In this document: positions 1 to 8,832 of the stretch, one piece after another
Layout: every line of letters starts with the position of its first letter
Numbering within the stretch: the first letter of the stretch is position 1
Source: an uncultured Verrucomicrobiota bacterium
GTDB lineage: Bacteria > Verrucomicrobiota > Kiritimatiellia > CAIKKV01 > CAITUY01
DNA length: 64,000 nucleotides
Direction of reading: 5' to 3'
NCBI GenBank assembly: GCA_964508705.1
Contig: CAZDUS010000001.1
Location: 146,407-210,406, forward strand
Program-made: the position numbers and the translations under genes
Notes under the pieces: generated by a model
Told to the model about the DNA's origin: nothing
Seen by the model: only the letters and a program-made list of their open reading frames with translations
Databases searched by the model: none

Positions 1-902
1 TTATTCAGGGGGAAGCGCGGTTGATATGATTTTTCAAAGGGCGTGTCTTTGTCCCCCTCCTTGAAGATATTAATGCGATTGGTTGTCACGCCGAACCGGT
101 CTGATTCCATCATGCCTTTATCACCATAGATTGAATACCAGACGGCGGAGGGTTCCCGTTTCAAGTAGCCATGCAGACTTTTCACCGTGGCTTTGTTGCT
201 CATCTGGATGACTTCCATGCCATGCCCCGCTGATTTGCATCCCAAGCCGGTCATTTCTCTGGAAGTTGGCCCCTGAAAGCCGACGACTTTCACCGGGCGC
301 GTGCCGGTAATGGTCATGATGGGGCCCAGACTGTGGGTGCAGTAGAAGGTCGCATACTTGCGATTTCGCCAGTGATTGGGGTCTCCATAGGTGATGTTGG
401 GCCAGATGGAGGCGCAATCGTGTACATATTCGCCCTCGCCATGGGTGAATTCGCCGATCTCACCTGCCTGATAGAGCCGTTTCATCTCCTGAGTGGAGCG
501 GAAGTAGCAGTAGTTCTCCGCATAGGTGTAGACTTTTTTGGAAGATTCCACAGCTTCAATCAATTTAATGGCCTCCGCCAGGGTCTGGCAGGCGAGAACT
601 TCGCTCATGATATGGCGCCCGGAATTCAAGAGCCGGATGGCAAACGGGGCGTGTTCTGTTGCATAATTCGCCAGCACCACTGCATCCATGTCGTGATTCA
701 TAAACTTGTCAAAGTCCTGATAGAATGAAAGCTTTGTTCCTGCCTGATCAGTCACCCGCTTTGCCCGCTTTGCGAAGGGGGCGTAAAAGTCACAAATGGC
801 GGAAAGTTCGGCATCAGGGTGGTTGAGTAGCCCGTTGATCATGGATATCCCGCGTCCGGCCCCAAAAACACCAATTTTGATTTTATTTCTTTTTGAGCTC
901 AT
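1..902 (-). CDS. Gfo/Idh/MocA family NAD(P)-dependent oxidoreductase (C-terminus truncated by window edge)
   Basis: Minus-strand ORF starting ATG at 902-900. N-terminal Rossmann motif KIKIGVFGAGRG. Reading frame runs off the left edge without a stop, which is why it is absent from the complete-ORF track. Divergent from the AraC gene. Confidence 0.7.
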   Translation of the reverse strand, partial: MSSKRNKIKIGVFGAGRGISMINGLLNHPDAELSAICDFYAPFAKRAKRVTDQAGTKLSFYQDFDKFMNHDMDAVVLANYATEHAPFAIRLLNSGRHIMSEVLACQTLAEAIKLIEAVESSKKVYTYAENYCYFRSTQEMKRLYQAGEIGEFTHGEGEYVHDCASIWPNITYGDPNHWRNRKYATFYCTHSLGPIMTITGTRPVKVVGFQGPTSREMTGLGCKSAGHGMEVIQMSNKATVKSLHGYLKREPSAVWYSIYGDKGMMESDRFGVTTNRINIFKEGDKDTPFEKSYQPRFPLN

Positions 903-1038
903 GGTCTTCGTTGAAATAGGGTTTTCACTTCATTTCTTTCAATTGCTTAAATCGCTTAACACCCAAATACTAAAACGTGTATTTTCTGGAGTATACATCA
1001 TGTTTCGCCTATAAATTATGAAATTCGCTTGCGAATGA

Positions 1039-1830
1039 ATGAATTTTAATGTCCATAGCATTGCCCGTTTTACGAGTGCACAAAAGGCTGTTCAGGTCTT
1101 ACCCCATGCCGTGATTTCTTTTGTGAGTGCCGGGCAGGCCCGGATCAGTATTGGGTCCCATACGCTCATCAATCCGGAGCCCTATCTGGCCATTTTCCCC
1201 AAAGGGATCACGTTGTCCTTTGATTACACGGATCAACGGGATCAGTGGGCGATCATCCTTGAAATAGCGGGGCTCAGGCAGGGGAATCAGCCGGATAAGG
1301 TGGAAATCGATGAGGGATCGGGAGAAGGGAAGGTGGTGCTCCCGATGTATACACCGATCGTGAAAGAGCATGTTTCCGGTTGGGAAGGGGAATTTCTCCG
1401 CATGCGGGAAGCGTTTAGTACCCCCTGTCCGTCCAACCGGATGCGAGTGCAGACTGGGGTGGGTAACGTTATTCGTTACGTGATCGACCAGCATCCTGAT
1501 ATCTATCCTTCCGCCGCGGCCAGATTGCGATGGTTGATGGATGAGGATCAGCGGGCCAGCCACGGTTTGGAGGAACTCAGTCAGCGCTGTGGGTATTCCG
1601 CAAGCCGGCTACGTGTTCTTTTTGAACGGGAGTATGGGCAGTCCCCTCAAGTGTATCGGAAAAAGCGCCGGATGCATATTGCGGCAGACCTGCTCTGCAA
1701 TAGCGATCTGCGTATCAAGGAAATCAGTGAGCGGGTCGGGTGCCATCACGTCTCCCATTTTTGTGCCCTGTTCAAAAGTGCCTATCAGATGACGCCCACC
1801 CGCTACCAGCGCGAGTTCAGACAAGTCTGA
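1039..1830 (+). CDS. AraC/XylS family transcriptional regulator
   Basis: 263 aa. C-terminal double HTH typical of AraC (…LEELSQRCGYSASRLRVLFEREYGQSPQVYRKKRRMHIAADLL…ISERVGCHHVSHFCALFKSAYQMTPTRYQR). Divergently transcribed from the oxidoreductase gene. Confidence 0.9.
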   Translation: MNFNVHSIARFTSAQKAVQVLPHAVISFVSAGQARISIGSHTLINPEPYLAIFPKGITLSFDYTDQRDQWAIILEIAGLRQGNQPDKVEIDEGSGEGKVVLPMYTPIVKEHVSGWEGEFLRMREAFSTPCPSNRMRVQTGVGNVIRYVIDQHPDIYPSAAARLRWLMDEDQRASHGLEELSQRCGYSASRLRVLFEREYGQSPQVYRKKRRMHIAADLLCNSDLRIKEISERVGCHHVSHFCALFKSAYQMTPTRYQREFRQV

Positions 1831-2145
1831 GCCTGTGATTCGTTCTTTACACCTTTAGCGTCTTCCCTGGGCGTTAGTGCCATGACCATTCGCCGTAACC
1901 TCAATGGATAAGAAATCGCTTTTCGGCTGGCACCGGCCCGCACAGGCCGAAAGCATACCAGAACCGGTTCGGATGAGCGATATCACGGGGAGGAGTCTGG
2001 TAGAGGAAGGAATGAACGTCAAGATCACGACAAAATACCCCAATCCAGCGGCTTTGGGGCGGACGGGGTACTCCCCAGCAGACCAAAGCCGCTGGATTGC
2101 ATACCGAGAAGCCGCAAATCAACAGACCTGTCCTACCGCGAGTGT

Positions 2146-2331
2146 TCATCCGCTCACGTACACCATCACCGGTTCAGTGTCATAGTCGGGAAATGGATCC
2201 GTGCTGAAGGTCTCGATGGCCCGTTCCACAATCTCAACAGGCGGCACCGCGTAGTGACTCACCCGCACCCCCTGTTCCCACAAACCCAGATGCCGCAGGA
2301 TACTCTCGATCACCGCCCTCTCGTCAATCAA
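2146..2331 (-). pseudogene. short TTG-initiated ORF, possible gene remnant in a 680-nt non-coding stretch
   Basis: 61-aa ORF with no ATG start (TTG). An upstream out-of-frame segment encodes a CPRC zinc-ribbon-like stretch. Fragmentary frames, no RBS. Confidence 0.2.
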
Positions 2332-2510
2332 AGCGACAATCCGTATCTCGTGCGAACAGCGCGGGCAGGTTGATCAGTTCACGCCATTTGGCTGACGGGA
2401 TGCGGCGCGGCTTATGCCAGGAAACATCGATGATCTGCACGGTCTGAAAACCTCAAAGTTGCGGTGGATCTTCTCATTCACCGGGTTGAATACGACGACT
2501 GCGGTGCACG

Positions 2511-4430
2511 TTAAAAGTCGGTACACCTATCGACAATATACAGGCTTTCCACTTCCCGCGCCACAAAGTCGGTCGGCAATGTGGGCGGCGGCACCGGCCC
2601 GCGGAACCACTCCTGCAACTCGAAGTCCAGTCCAATCCCGTGCATATAGTTGTAGAGCGCCTTCCTCAACCCACACCCCAGCCTCTCATGATCGCACACC
2701 ACGGAATCCTCATACCATGCCTCGTTCCGCGCAAACGTCGCCTCCGGCATCGGTAACACCCTTATCCCATACCGCTCCGGCTCACGGTAAATGGGACTGT
2801 GCACCGTCAGGGCAAACCGATGCCAATAGGCTGAATGCAAACACCCAGCTTCAAATAACTGACGAACAAAATCCAACGCATCGACCGTGTCCTTCTCCGT
2901 CTGACTCGGGAATCCATACATCAAATAGGCATGCACCAGAATCCCCGCATCAGCAAACGCCCGCATCGCACGCGCCGCCTGCCCCATCGTGAACCCCTTG
3001 TCCATCAAACTCAATAAGCGGTCCGTCGCTGCCTCTAACCCGCCCGTCACCGCCACACACCCGGACTTCGCAAGTAACTCAGCCAATTCAGGCGTAAAGG
3101 CCTTGTCGAACCTGACATTCCCCCACCAGGTAATCCGCATCCGCCTCTCAATCAACTGCTCCGCCAACTGGCGCAACAACGCTGGCGGCATGGCCTCATC
3201 CACAAAGTGAAACCCCGTCTGCCCCGTCTGACGGATAACGTCCTCAATCTGCCGTATCAACACATCCACCGGGGTCGGCGCGTATCGGCTAATGTAATCA
3301 AGGGAAGTGTCGCAAAATCCGCACCGGTGCCAGTAGCACCCGTGGGCCAGCACCAGTTTGTTCCAGCGTCCGCAGGACCAGATGCGATGCATTGGGTTGA
3401 CCATCTCGACCATCGAAACATACCCATCAAGCTGCAGGCCGGAATAGTCCGGTGTTGCCTGCGCCTCGCGACCTGCGCCCCTGCCATCCCCCGTGTGAAA
3501 TTCCACCTTGCCGTTGCGCCTGAAAAACAGTCCCGCCGGACTATCCACTTTCTGCTTCCCCTCGCCGGCAATCAACTGCAGTAGCGGTAACTTCCGGTCC
3601 TCCAAATGCCGGACCAGCCACAACAACGCCTGCTCCCCGCGATCTGGAATCACAAAATCAACATGATCAAACACCCGCGGATCAGATAACCCTCGCAATT
3701 CCGTGCTCACATAGCCGCCGCCCATGACAATCGTGGTGTCTGGCGATAGTCTCTTGATGCGCCGCGCCATCCGGAACGCCGCATAGACATTGCCCGGGAA
3801 CGGCACCGTCATCCCTACCAACTCAGGCGAATGGGTCCGCACCAGTTCCTCGGCCATTTCATCAATCAGGCCGTCGATCAGCGTCGGCTTTTTTCGAAGC
3901 GCCGCCGCAATACCGTCAAAGCTCGCCGCGCTGGAAGCTAATTTCTCACCATACCGCGCCAGCTCAAACCGTGAGTCCACCCCGTCGCGGATCGCATCGC
4001 TCACATCGTCAAGATAGAGACTGGCCAGATGGATCGCCAAATCATGCGTCGATAGCGGGGCATGAAGATCCAATGTTTGATCCAGCGCCTCAAACCGCCC
4101 TCCCTCAGGCAGATACCGGCGCGACACAATGCGATGGGCCAAGGTCGGGTCGCCGCCCTGCAGGAACCGGATAACGCCATTGATCGTCTCGGAATACGTC
4201 CGGGCGTGTTCGCGAAAATGACGGACCGTCGCCGCACGGGCCTTGGGGCGGATCGCCTTTGCAATCTTCCGGATACCGGCGCTTGAAAACAATCGCAAGG
4301 CAAGTGTCAGCGAGGCATCCGCCTGAACGGCGGAATGGCCATGTTCCCGCAGAAAGCCGGCCAGATAGACAGTGGCCGGATAGGGTGCATTGATTTGCAC
4401 CATCGGGGGCGTAATGAGCAATGTCCGCAT
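2511..4430 (-). CDS. B12-binding domain / radical SAM domain protein
   Basis: N-terminal B12-binding-like region (LLITPPMVQINAPYPATVYLAGFLREHGH). Cys cluster GCYWHRCGFC (Cx4Cx2C). ATG at 4430 preceded by AGGAG with 9-10 nt spacing. The upstream Met in the track ORF is unlikely. Confidence 0.8.
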   Translation of the reverse strand: MRTLLITPPMVQINAPYPATVYLAGFLREHGHSAVQADASLTLALRLFSSAGIRKIAKAIRPKARAATVRHFREHARTYSETINGVIRFLQGGDPTLAHRIVSRRYLPEGGRFEALDQTLDLHAPLSTHDLAIHLASLYLDDVSDAIRDGVDSRFELARYGEKLASSAASFDGIAAALRKKPTLIDGLIDEMAEELVRTHSPELVGMTVPFPGNVYAAFRMARRIKRLSPDTTIVMGGGYVSTELRGLSDPRVFDHVDFVIPDRGEQALLWLVRHLEDRKLPLLQLIAGEGKQKVDSPAGLFFRRNGKVEFHTGDGRGAGREAQATPDYSGLQLDGYVSMVEMVNPMHRIWSCGRWNKLVLAHGCYWHRCGFCDTSLDYISRYAPTPVDVLIRQIEDVIRQTGQTGFHFVDEAMPPALLRQLAEQLIERRMRITWWGNVRFDKAFTPELAELLAKSGCVAVTGGLEAATDRLLSLMDKGFTMGQAARAMRAFADAGILVHAYLMYGFPSQTEKDTVDALDFVRQLFEAGCLHSAYWHRFALTVHSPIYREPERYGIRVLPMPEATFARNEAWYEDSVVCDHERLGCGLRKALYNYMHGIGLDFELQEWFRGPVPPPTLPTDFVAREVESLYIVDRCTDF

Positions 4431-4472
4431 GAATAAAAAACTCCTGTTGCGGCCACTTTGCCACAACAGGAG
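4431..4472 (-). terminator. Rho-independent terminator of carB
   Basis: Stem ctcctgttg / caacaggag (9 bp) followed on the minus strand by TTTTTTATT. The stem contains the AGGAG RBS of the downstream radical SAM gene. Confidence 0.6.
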
Positions 4473-4484
4473 TTCAGCGTTCCA

Positions 4485-7400
4485 TTACTTTATCGAAGCA
4501 TGATAACTCTGCAGAGATCGAACCTCGGATTTGCCCTTCTGGAAGGCAGCAATTCCCTTTGCCGCCGCCAACGCGGCCGCCAATGTCGTAAAGTATGGCA
4601 CCTTGTGCTTGATCGCCGCCTTACGGATGTACGAATCGTCCGTCATGCTCATCTTACCGGCTGGCGTATTGATCACCGCCTGAATTTCGCGGTTCACAAT
4701 CCCATCCGCAATATTCGGACGCCCCTCGTGTTGCTTGTTAATCCGTTCGCAGGGAACCCCCTTCTGGCTGAGGAATTTCCACGTCCCTTCCGTCGCCTTG
4801 ATCTTGAATCCCAGCGCCGAAAACGCCTTCCCAACCTCCAACGCCGCCCCCGTCTTCTCAACCAGACTGATCAAAACCGTACCCGACATCGGCAGACAGT
4901 TATACGCCGCTTCCTGCGCCTTCAGGAACGCCGTCCCAAAGTCGGAACCCATCCCCAGCACTTCGCCCGTGGACCGCATTTCCGGTCCCAACAGCGGATC
5001 CACTTCGGGGAACTTGTCGAACGGAAAGACCGATTCCTTGACCCCGAAATGCTTCATGTGCTTGGGATGCTTGAGCCCTAACGAATTCAACGGTTCCCCA
5101 AGCATCAACCGTGTGGCGGCACGCGCCATCTGCAAGGCGCAAACCTTCGATACCAGCGGAACCGTCCGCGAGGCGCGCGGATTGGCTTCCAACACGTAGA
5201 CCTTCCCATTCTCAATCGCATACTGCATGTTCATCAGTCCGATAACCTTGAGCTCACGAGCGATCAGGGTTGTGTAATCCTGAATCGTATCAAGATGAGC
5301 CTTTGAAATGTTCACCGGCGGAATCACACACGCAGAGTCACCGGAATGAACCCCGGCCTGCTCAATGTGCTCCATCACGGCAGGAATGAAGACCTCCTTG
5401 CCATCGGACAACGCATCCGCCTCGCACTCCAGCGCATCCAGCAGGAACCGGTCAATCAGCAGTGGCCGCTCCGGTGTCACCCCGACAGCCTTGGCCACAT
5501 ACTCTTGCAACATGGCATCATCATGGATGACTTCCATGCCTCGCCCGCCCAGAACAAACGAAGGCCGCACCATCACCGGATACCCGATGCGATGGGCCAC
5601 CTTCAGTGCCTCATCCACGGAAGCAGCCATGCCGGCCTCCGGCATGGGAATATTTAACCGCTCCATCATCTTGCGGAACAGGTCGCGATCCTCCGCGATT
5701 TCAATCGTCTCCAGGCTCGAGCCCAGGATGCGAACTCCCGCCGCAGCAAGATCAGCGGCCAGGTTCAGCGGCGTCTGCCCGCCAAACTGCACGATCACTC
5801 CCGCCGGATTTTCCTTGGCATAAATGGCCAGCACATCTTCCGCCGTCAAAGGCTCAAAGTACAGTTTGTCCGACGTATCATAATCCGTGGACACTGTCTC
5901 CGGGTTGCAGTTCACCATGATAGTCTCATACCCCTGGTCTCGTAACGCGAAGGCCGCGTGAACGCAGCAATAATCAAACTCTATCCCCTGCCCGATCCGG
6001 TTCGGGCCACCACCCAATATCATGATCTTCTTGGGATTGCTCGTCGCCGACGTAGTATCCTTCGCATTGTAACTGGAATAATAGTAGGCGGCATTTTCAA
6101 CACCACTGACCGGCACCGCATGCCAGCCTTCCACCACGCCCAATGCTATACGGCGCTCGCGGATCAATTTCTCGGGGACCCCCAGTATTTTCGCCAGATA
6201 CTTATCCGCAAACCCATCCTTCTTGGCCTGTACCAGCAGATCATCCGGCGGCAACTTACCCTTGTGGGCAAGGATGCGCTGTTCCAACTCCACCAGTTCT
6301 TTCATCTGCCCGATGAACCACGCCTTGATATACGTCAGCTCATGCAACTTCTCAACGGAGGCACCCTTGCGCAAGGCCTCGTACATGATCCACTGCCGTT
6401 CGCTTGATGGCTCCGCCAGCATTCCCATCAATTCATCGAGCGACTTGCTGTTGAAATCCTTCGCAAATCCCAACCCATGCCGCCCATTCTCCAGCGAACG
6501 AATCGCCTTCTGGAACGCCTCCTTATAATTCTTCCCGATGCTCATGACCTCGCCGACGGCCTTCATCTGCGTCCCTAGCTTATCCTGCACCCCTTTGAAC
6601 TTCTCAAACGCCCAGCGCGAGAATTTAACCACCACATAATCACCCGAAGGCGTATACTTCTCCAGCGTTCCATCCCGCCAGTACGGAATCTCATCCATGC
6701 TCATGCCGCTCGCCAGTTTGGCCGATACCAGTGCAATAGGGAACCCTGTCGCCTTTGACGCCAACGCCGACGACCTCGACGTCCGCGGATTGATCTCTAT
6801 GATCACAATCCGGCCATCCTTTGGATTATGCGCAAACTGAACGTTGGTCCCGCCAATTACTCCGATGGATTCAACAATCTTGTAGGACTGTTCCTGGAGG
6901 CGCTTCTGGGTTGCCTCGCTAATGGTCAGCATCGGCGCCGTGCAATAGGAGTCGCCCGTATGGACCCCCATGGCATCCACGTTTTCAATAAAGCACACGG
7001 TAATCATCTTGCCCTTGTGATCCCGCACAACTTCCAATTCAAGCTCTTCCCAGCCAAGGACGGATTCTTCAACAAGTATCTGTCCGATCATGGATGCCTG
7101 AATACCACGCGCCGACACCGTTCGAAGTTCATCAACATTGTATACCAGCCCGCCGCCGGTTCCGCCCATTGTGTAGGCAGGCCTGATAACCACCGGATAT
7201 CCTAGTCCTGCGGCAATTCGTTCCGCCTCTTCCACCGTGTAGGCCAATTCGCTTTTGGGCATATCAATACCCAGCTTCTTCATGGCATCCTTAAACAACA
7301 GCCGGTCTTCGCCACGCTCAATGGCCTCCAAATTGACGCCAATCACTTTGACACCGTACTTGTCCAAAACTCCAGCCTTGTTCAACTCCGAGGAAAGATT

Positions 7401-7688
7401 CAACCCCATCTGTCCGCCAAGGTTAGGAAGCAATGCATCCGGACGTTCCTTCTCGATAATCTGGGTCAACCGCTCGATATTCAGCGGCTCAATGTATGTC
7501 ACATCCGCCATGCCGGGATCTGTCATGATGGTAGCCGGGTTGGAGTTCACTAACACGATTTCATACCCGCAAGCCCGGAGCGCCTTGCAAGCCTGCGTCC
7601 CCGAATAGTCAAATTCACAGGCCTGCCCGATCACAATGGGACCGGAACCAATGATCATAACCTTCTTGATGTCATCTCGACGCGGCAT
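4485..7688 (-). CDS. carB: carbamoyl-phosphate synthase large subunit
   Basis: 1067 aa. Duplicated ATP-grasp halves, N-terminus MPRRDDIKKVMIIGSGPIVIGQACEFDYSGTQACKAL and MGS-like C-terminus. Unmistakable CarB. Confidence 0.97.
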   Translation of the reverse strand: MPRRDDIKKVMIIGSGPIVIGQACEFDYSGTQACKALRACGYEIVLVNSNPATIMTDPGMADVTYIEPLNIERLTQIIEKERPDALLPNLGGQMGLNLSSELNKAGVLDKYGVKVIGVNLEAIERGEDRLLFKDAMKKLGIDMPKSELAYTVEEAERIAAGLGYPVVIRPAYTMGGTGGGLVYNVDELRTVSARGIQASMIGQILVEESVLGWEELELEVVRDHKGKMITVCFIENVDAMGVHTGDSYCTAPMLTISEATQKRLQEQSYKIVESIGVIGGTNVQFAHNPKDGRIVIIEINPRTSRSSALASKATGFPIALVSAKLASGMSMDEIPYWRDGTLEKYTPSGDYVVVKFSRWAFEKFKGVQDKLGTQMKAVGEVMSIGKNYKEAFQKAIRSLENGRHGLGFAKDFNSKSLDELMGMLAEPSSERQWIMYEALRKGASVEKLHELTYIKAWFIGQMKELVELEQRILAHKGKLPPDDLLVQAKKDGFADKYLAKILGVPEKLIRERRIALGVVEGWHAVPVSGVENAAYYYSSYNAKDTTSATSNPKKIMILGGGPNRIGQGIEFDYCCVHAAFALRDQGYETIMVNCNPETVSTDYDTSDKLYFEPLTAEDVLAIYAKENPAGVIVQFGGQTPLNLAADLAAAGVRILGSSLETIEIAEDRDLFRKMMERLNIPMPEAGMAASVDEALKVAHRIGYPVMVRPSFVLGGRGMEVIHDDAMLQEYVAKAVGVTPERPLLIDRFLLDALECEADALSDGKEVFIPAVMEHIEQAGVHSGDSACVIPPVNISKAHLDTIQDYTTLIARELKVIGLMNMQYAIENGKVYVLEANPRASRTVPLVSKVCALQMARAATRLMLGEPLNSLGLKHPKHMKHFGVKESVFPFDKFPEVDPLLGPEMRSTGEVLGMGSDFGTAFLKAQEAAYNCLPMSGTVLISLVEKTGAALEVGKAFSALGFKIKATEGTWKFLSQKGVPCERINKQHEGRPNIADGIVNREIQAVINTPAGKMSMTDDSYIRKAAIKHKVPYFTTLAAALAAAKGIAAFQKGKSEVRSLQSYHASIK

Positions 7689-7736
7689 GGTACTGTCTCC
7701 TTATTATTGTTTATACACCTCTCCAAAATCAAAACA

Positions 7737-8615
7737 TCAGGCTGAAAACTTGGTCAGTCGTTCCTTTAAGAACACAATCCGCTTTTCAGCCGCTTCTATC
7801 TCCCCCTTATCATCGGCAGCCACTTGGCCAGTAAAATAGCGCAACCCCTCCAGTTCCTTCTCGACCTCTTCCACCTTGCGCCTCGCAGCCGTCAGCTCGG
7901 TTGCATGATGCTCAACCGCCGCTCGCAACGCCTTTTCGGCTTCCTGAGCGCGCGCCTCCGCTGACTCCGCTCTTGCCTTGGCGGCCTCCAGTTCAAGCTT
8001 CAAGGCCTGGGTTGATGAAGCTGGCGTCAGTAATGTGATCGTCTTGGGGGCCCCGTTCTCAACGACAGCCTTCGGTGGAACAACCGGAGCGGCGGGGGCC
8101 GGAATTTTATTCTCCACACGCACAGGTTCTGGCGCGGGTGCGACCACCGGGGCAGGTGCGGAGGTCACATTACCGGTTCCCACGAGAATGATCGCCGAAC
8201 ATTGCTTGCATCGGATTTTTTTACCGATAAATACCGGTTGAATCTTGGATTGCCACTGGCAGGCGTCGCATTTGACCGTCAAAAGACCGTGCTCCATTGA
8301 CGTTCCAAACGTTGCCGGCGCTGATGGCAATTTCACAACTTCCGGTGCTGCTGGAGCAACGGCCGCGGCAGGCGGTGGCGCAACAAGAGTCGGTGGCGAG
8401 GGTGTTTCCGGAACGACCACGGGAACTGGGGGCGCTGGGGTCGGCTCCTGCTTTGAAACTTGCGCTGGTGATTCAGCAGCGGGGGCCCCTCCCTTGTTCA
8501 CGGGAATCTTCTTACTGCATTTAGGGCATTTAACCTCTGATGGCACTCGTCCCGGCGGGACCTTGACTTTCAAACGCGCTTTGCACCCTGAACAATCAAC
8601 AACAATGGTCTCCAC
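7737..8615 (-). CDS. double zinc-ribbon (MJ0042-type) protein with Pro/Ala-rich linkers and C-terminal coiled coil
   Basis: Two CxxC…CxxC modules (CSGCKARLKV…CPKCSKKIPV and CDACQWQSKI…CKQCSAI). PAPxxPV low-complexity linkers. C-terminal heptad-rich A/E/K segment. Confidence 0.6.
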   Translation of the reverse strand: METIVVDCSGCKARLKVKVPPGRVPSEVKCPKCSKKIPVNKGGAPAAESPAQVSKQEPTPAPPVPVVVPETPSPPTLVAPPPAAAVAPAAPEVVKLPSAPATFGTSMEHGLLTVKCDACQWQSKIQPVFIGKKIRCKQCSAIILVGTGNVTSAPAPVVAPAPEPVRVENKIPAPAAPVVPPKAVVENGAPKTITLLTPASSTQALKLELEAAKARAESAEARAQEAEKALRAAVEHHATELTAARRKVEEVEKELEGLRYFTGQVAADDKGEIEAAEKRIVFLKERLTKFSA

Positions 8616-8832
8616 GTAATCCCTCCCCGATTATGGATTCATTCAAAGGCTGGGAAATTTATCATCGCTCCAAGAGAGGGACAACCCGATTCTTTCCTAT
8701 GTCATCCAGCCCAGCAACTTACCGCGTTGATTTCGCCCTTATCGGCTCCTATACTTCGTTTTTTAACAAATGCACATCGGATTATGCCCAGCATAATCCA
8801 CCGGCACGGAGTGTGCCGTAAATACGTGCAGA

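Noticed and set aside
1023-1036. 14-bp palindrome ATTCGCTTGCGAAT immediately upstream of the AraC start codon as an operator
   Set aside because: It sits where the RBS should be (ending 2 nt before the ATG) and is single-copy. More likely a translation-initiation-region structure or coincidence. Not strong enough to call a feature.
2414-2992. 192-aa Pro/Ser/Thr-rich plus-strand ORF
   Set aside because: Lies entirely antisense within the B12-radical-SAM gene. Composition typical of spurious frames in high-GC DNA.
4735-7608. Multiple 100-150-aa ORFs on the plus strand opposite carB (for example 4735-5199, 5365-5823, 5958-6407, 6828-7205, 7255-7608)
   Set aside because: All overlap the unmistakable carB gene antisense or out of frame. 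Low-complexity Arg/Pro/Ser-rich translations and no RBS.
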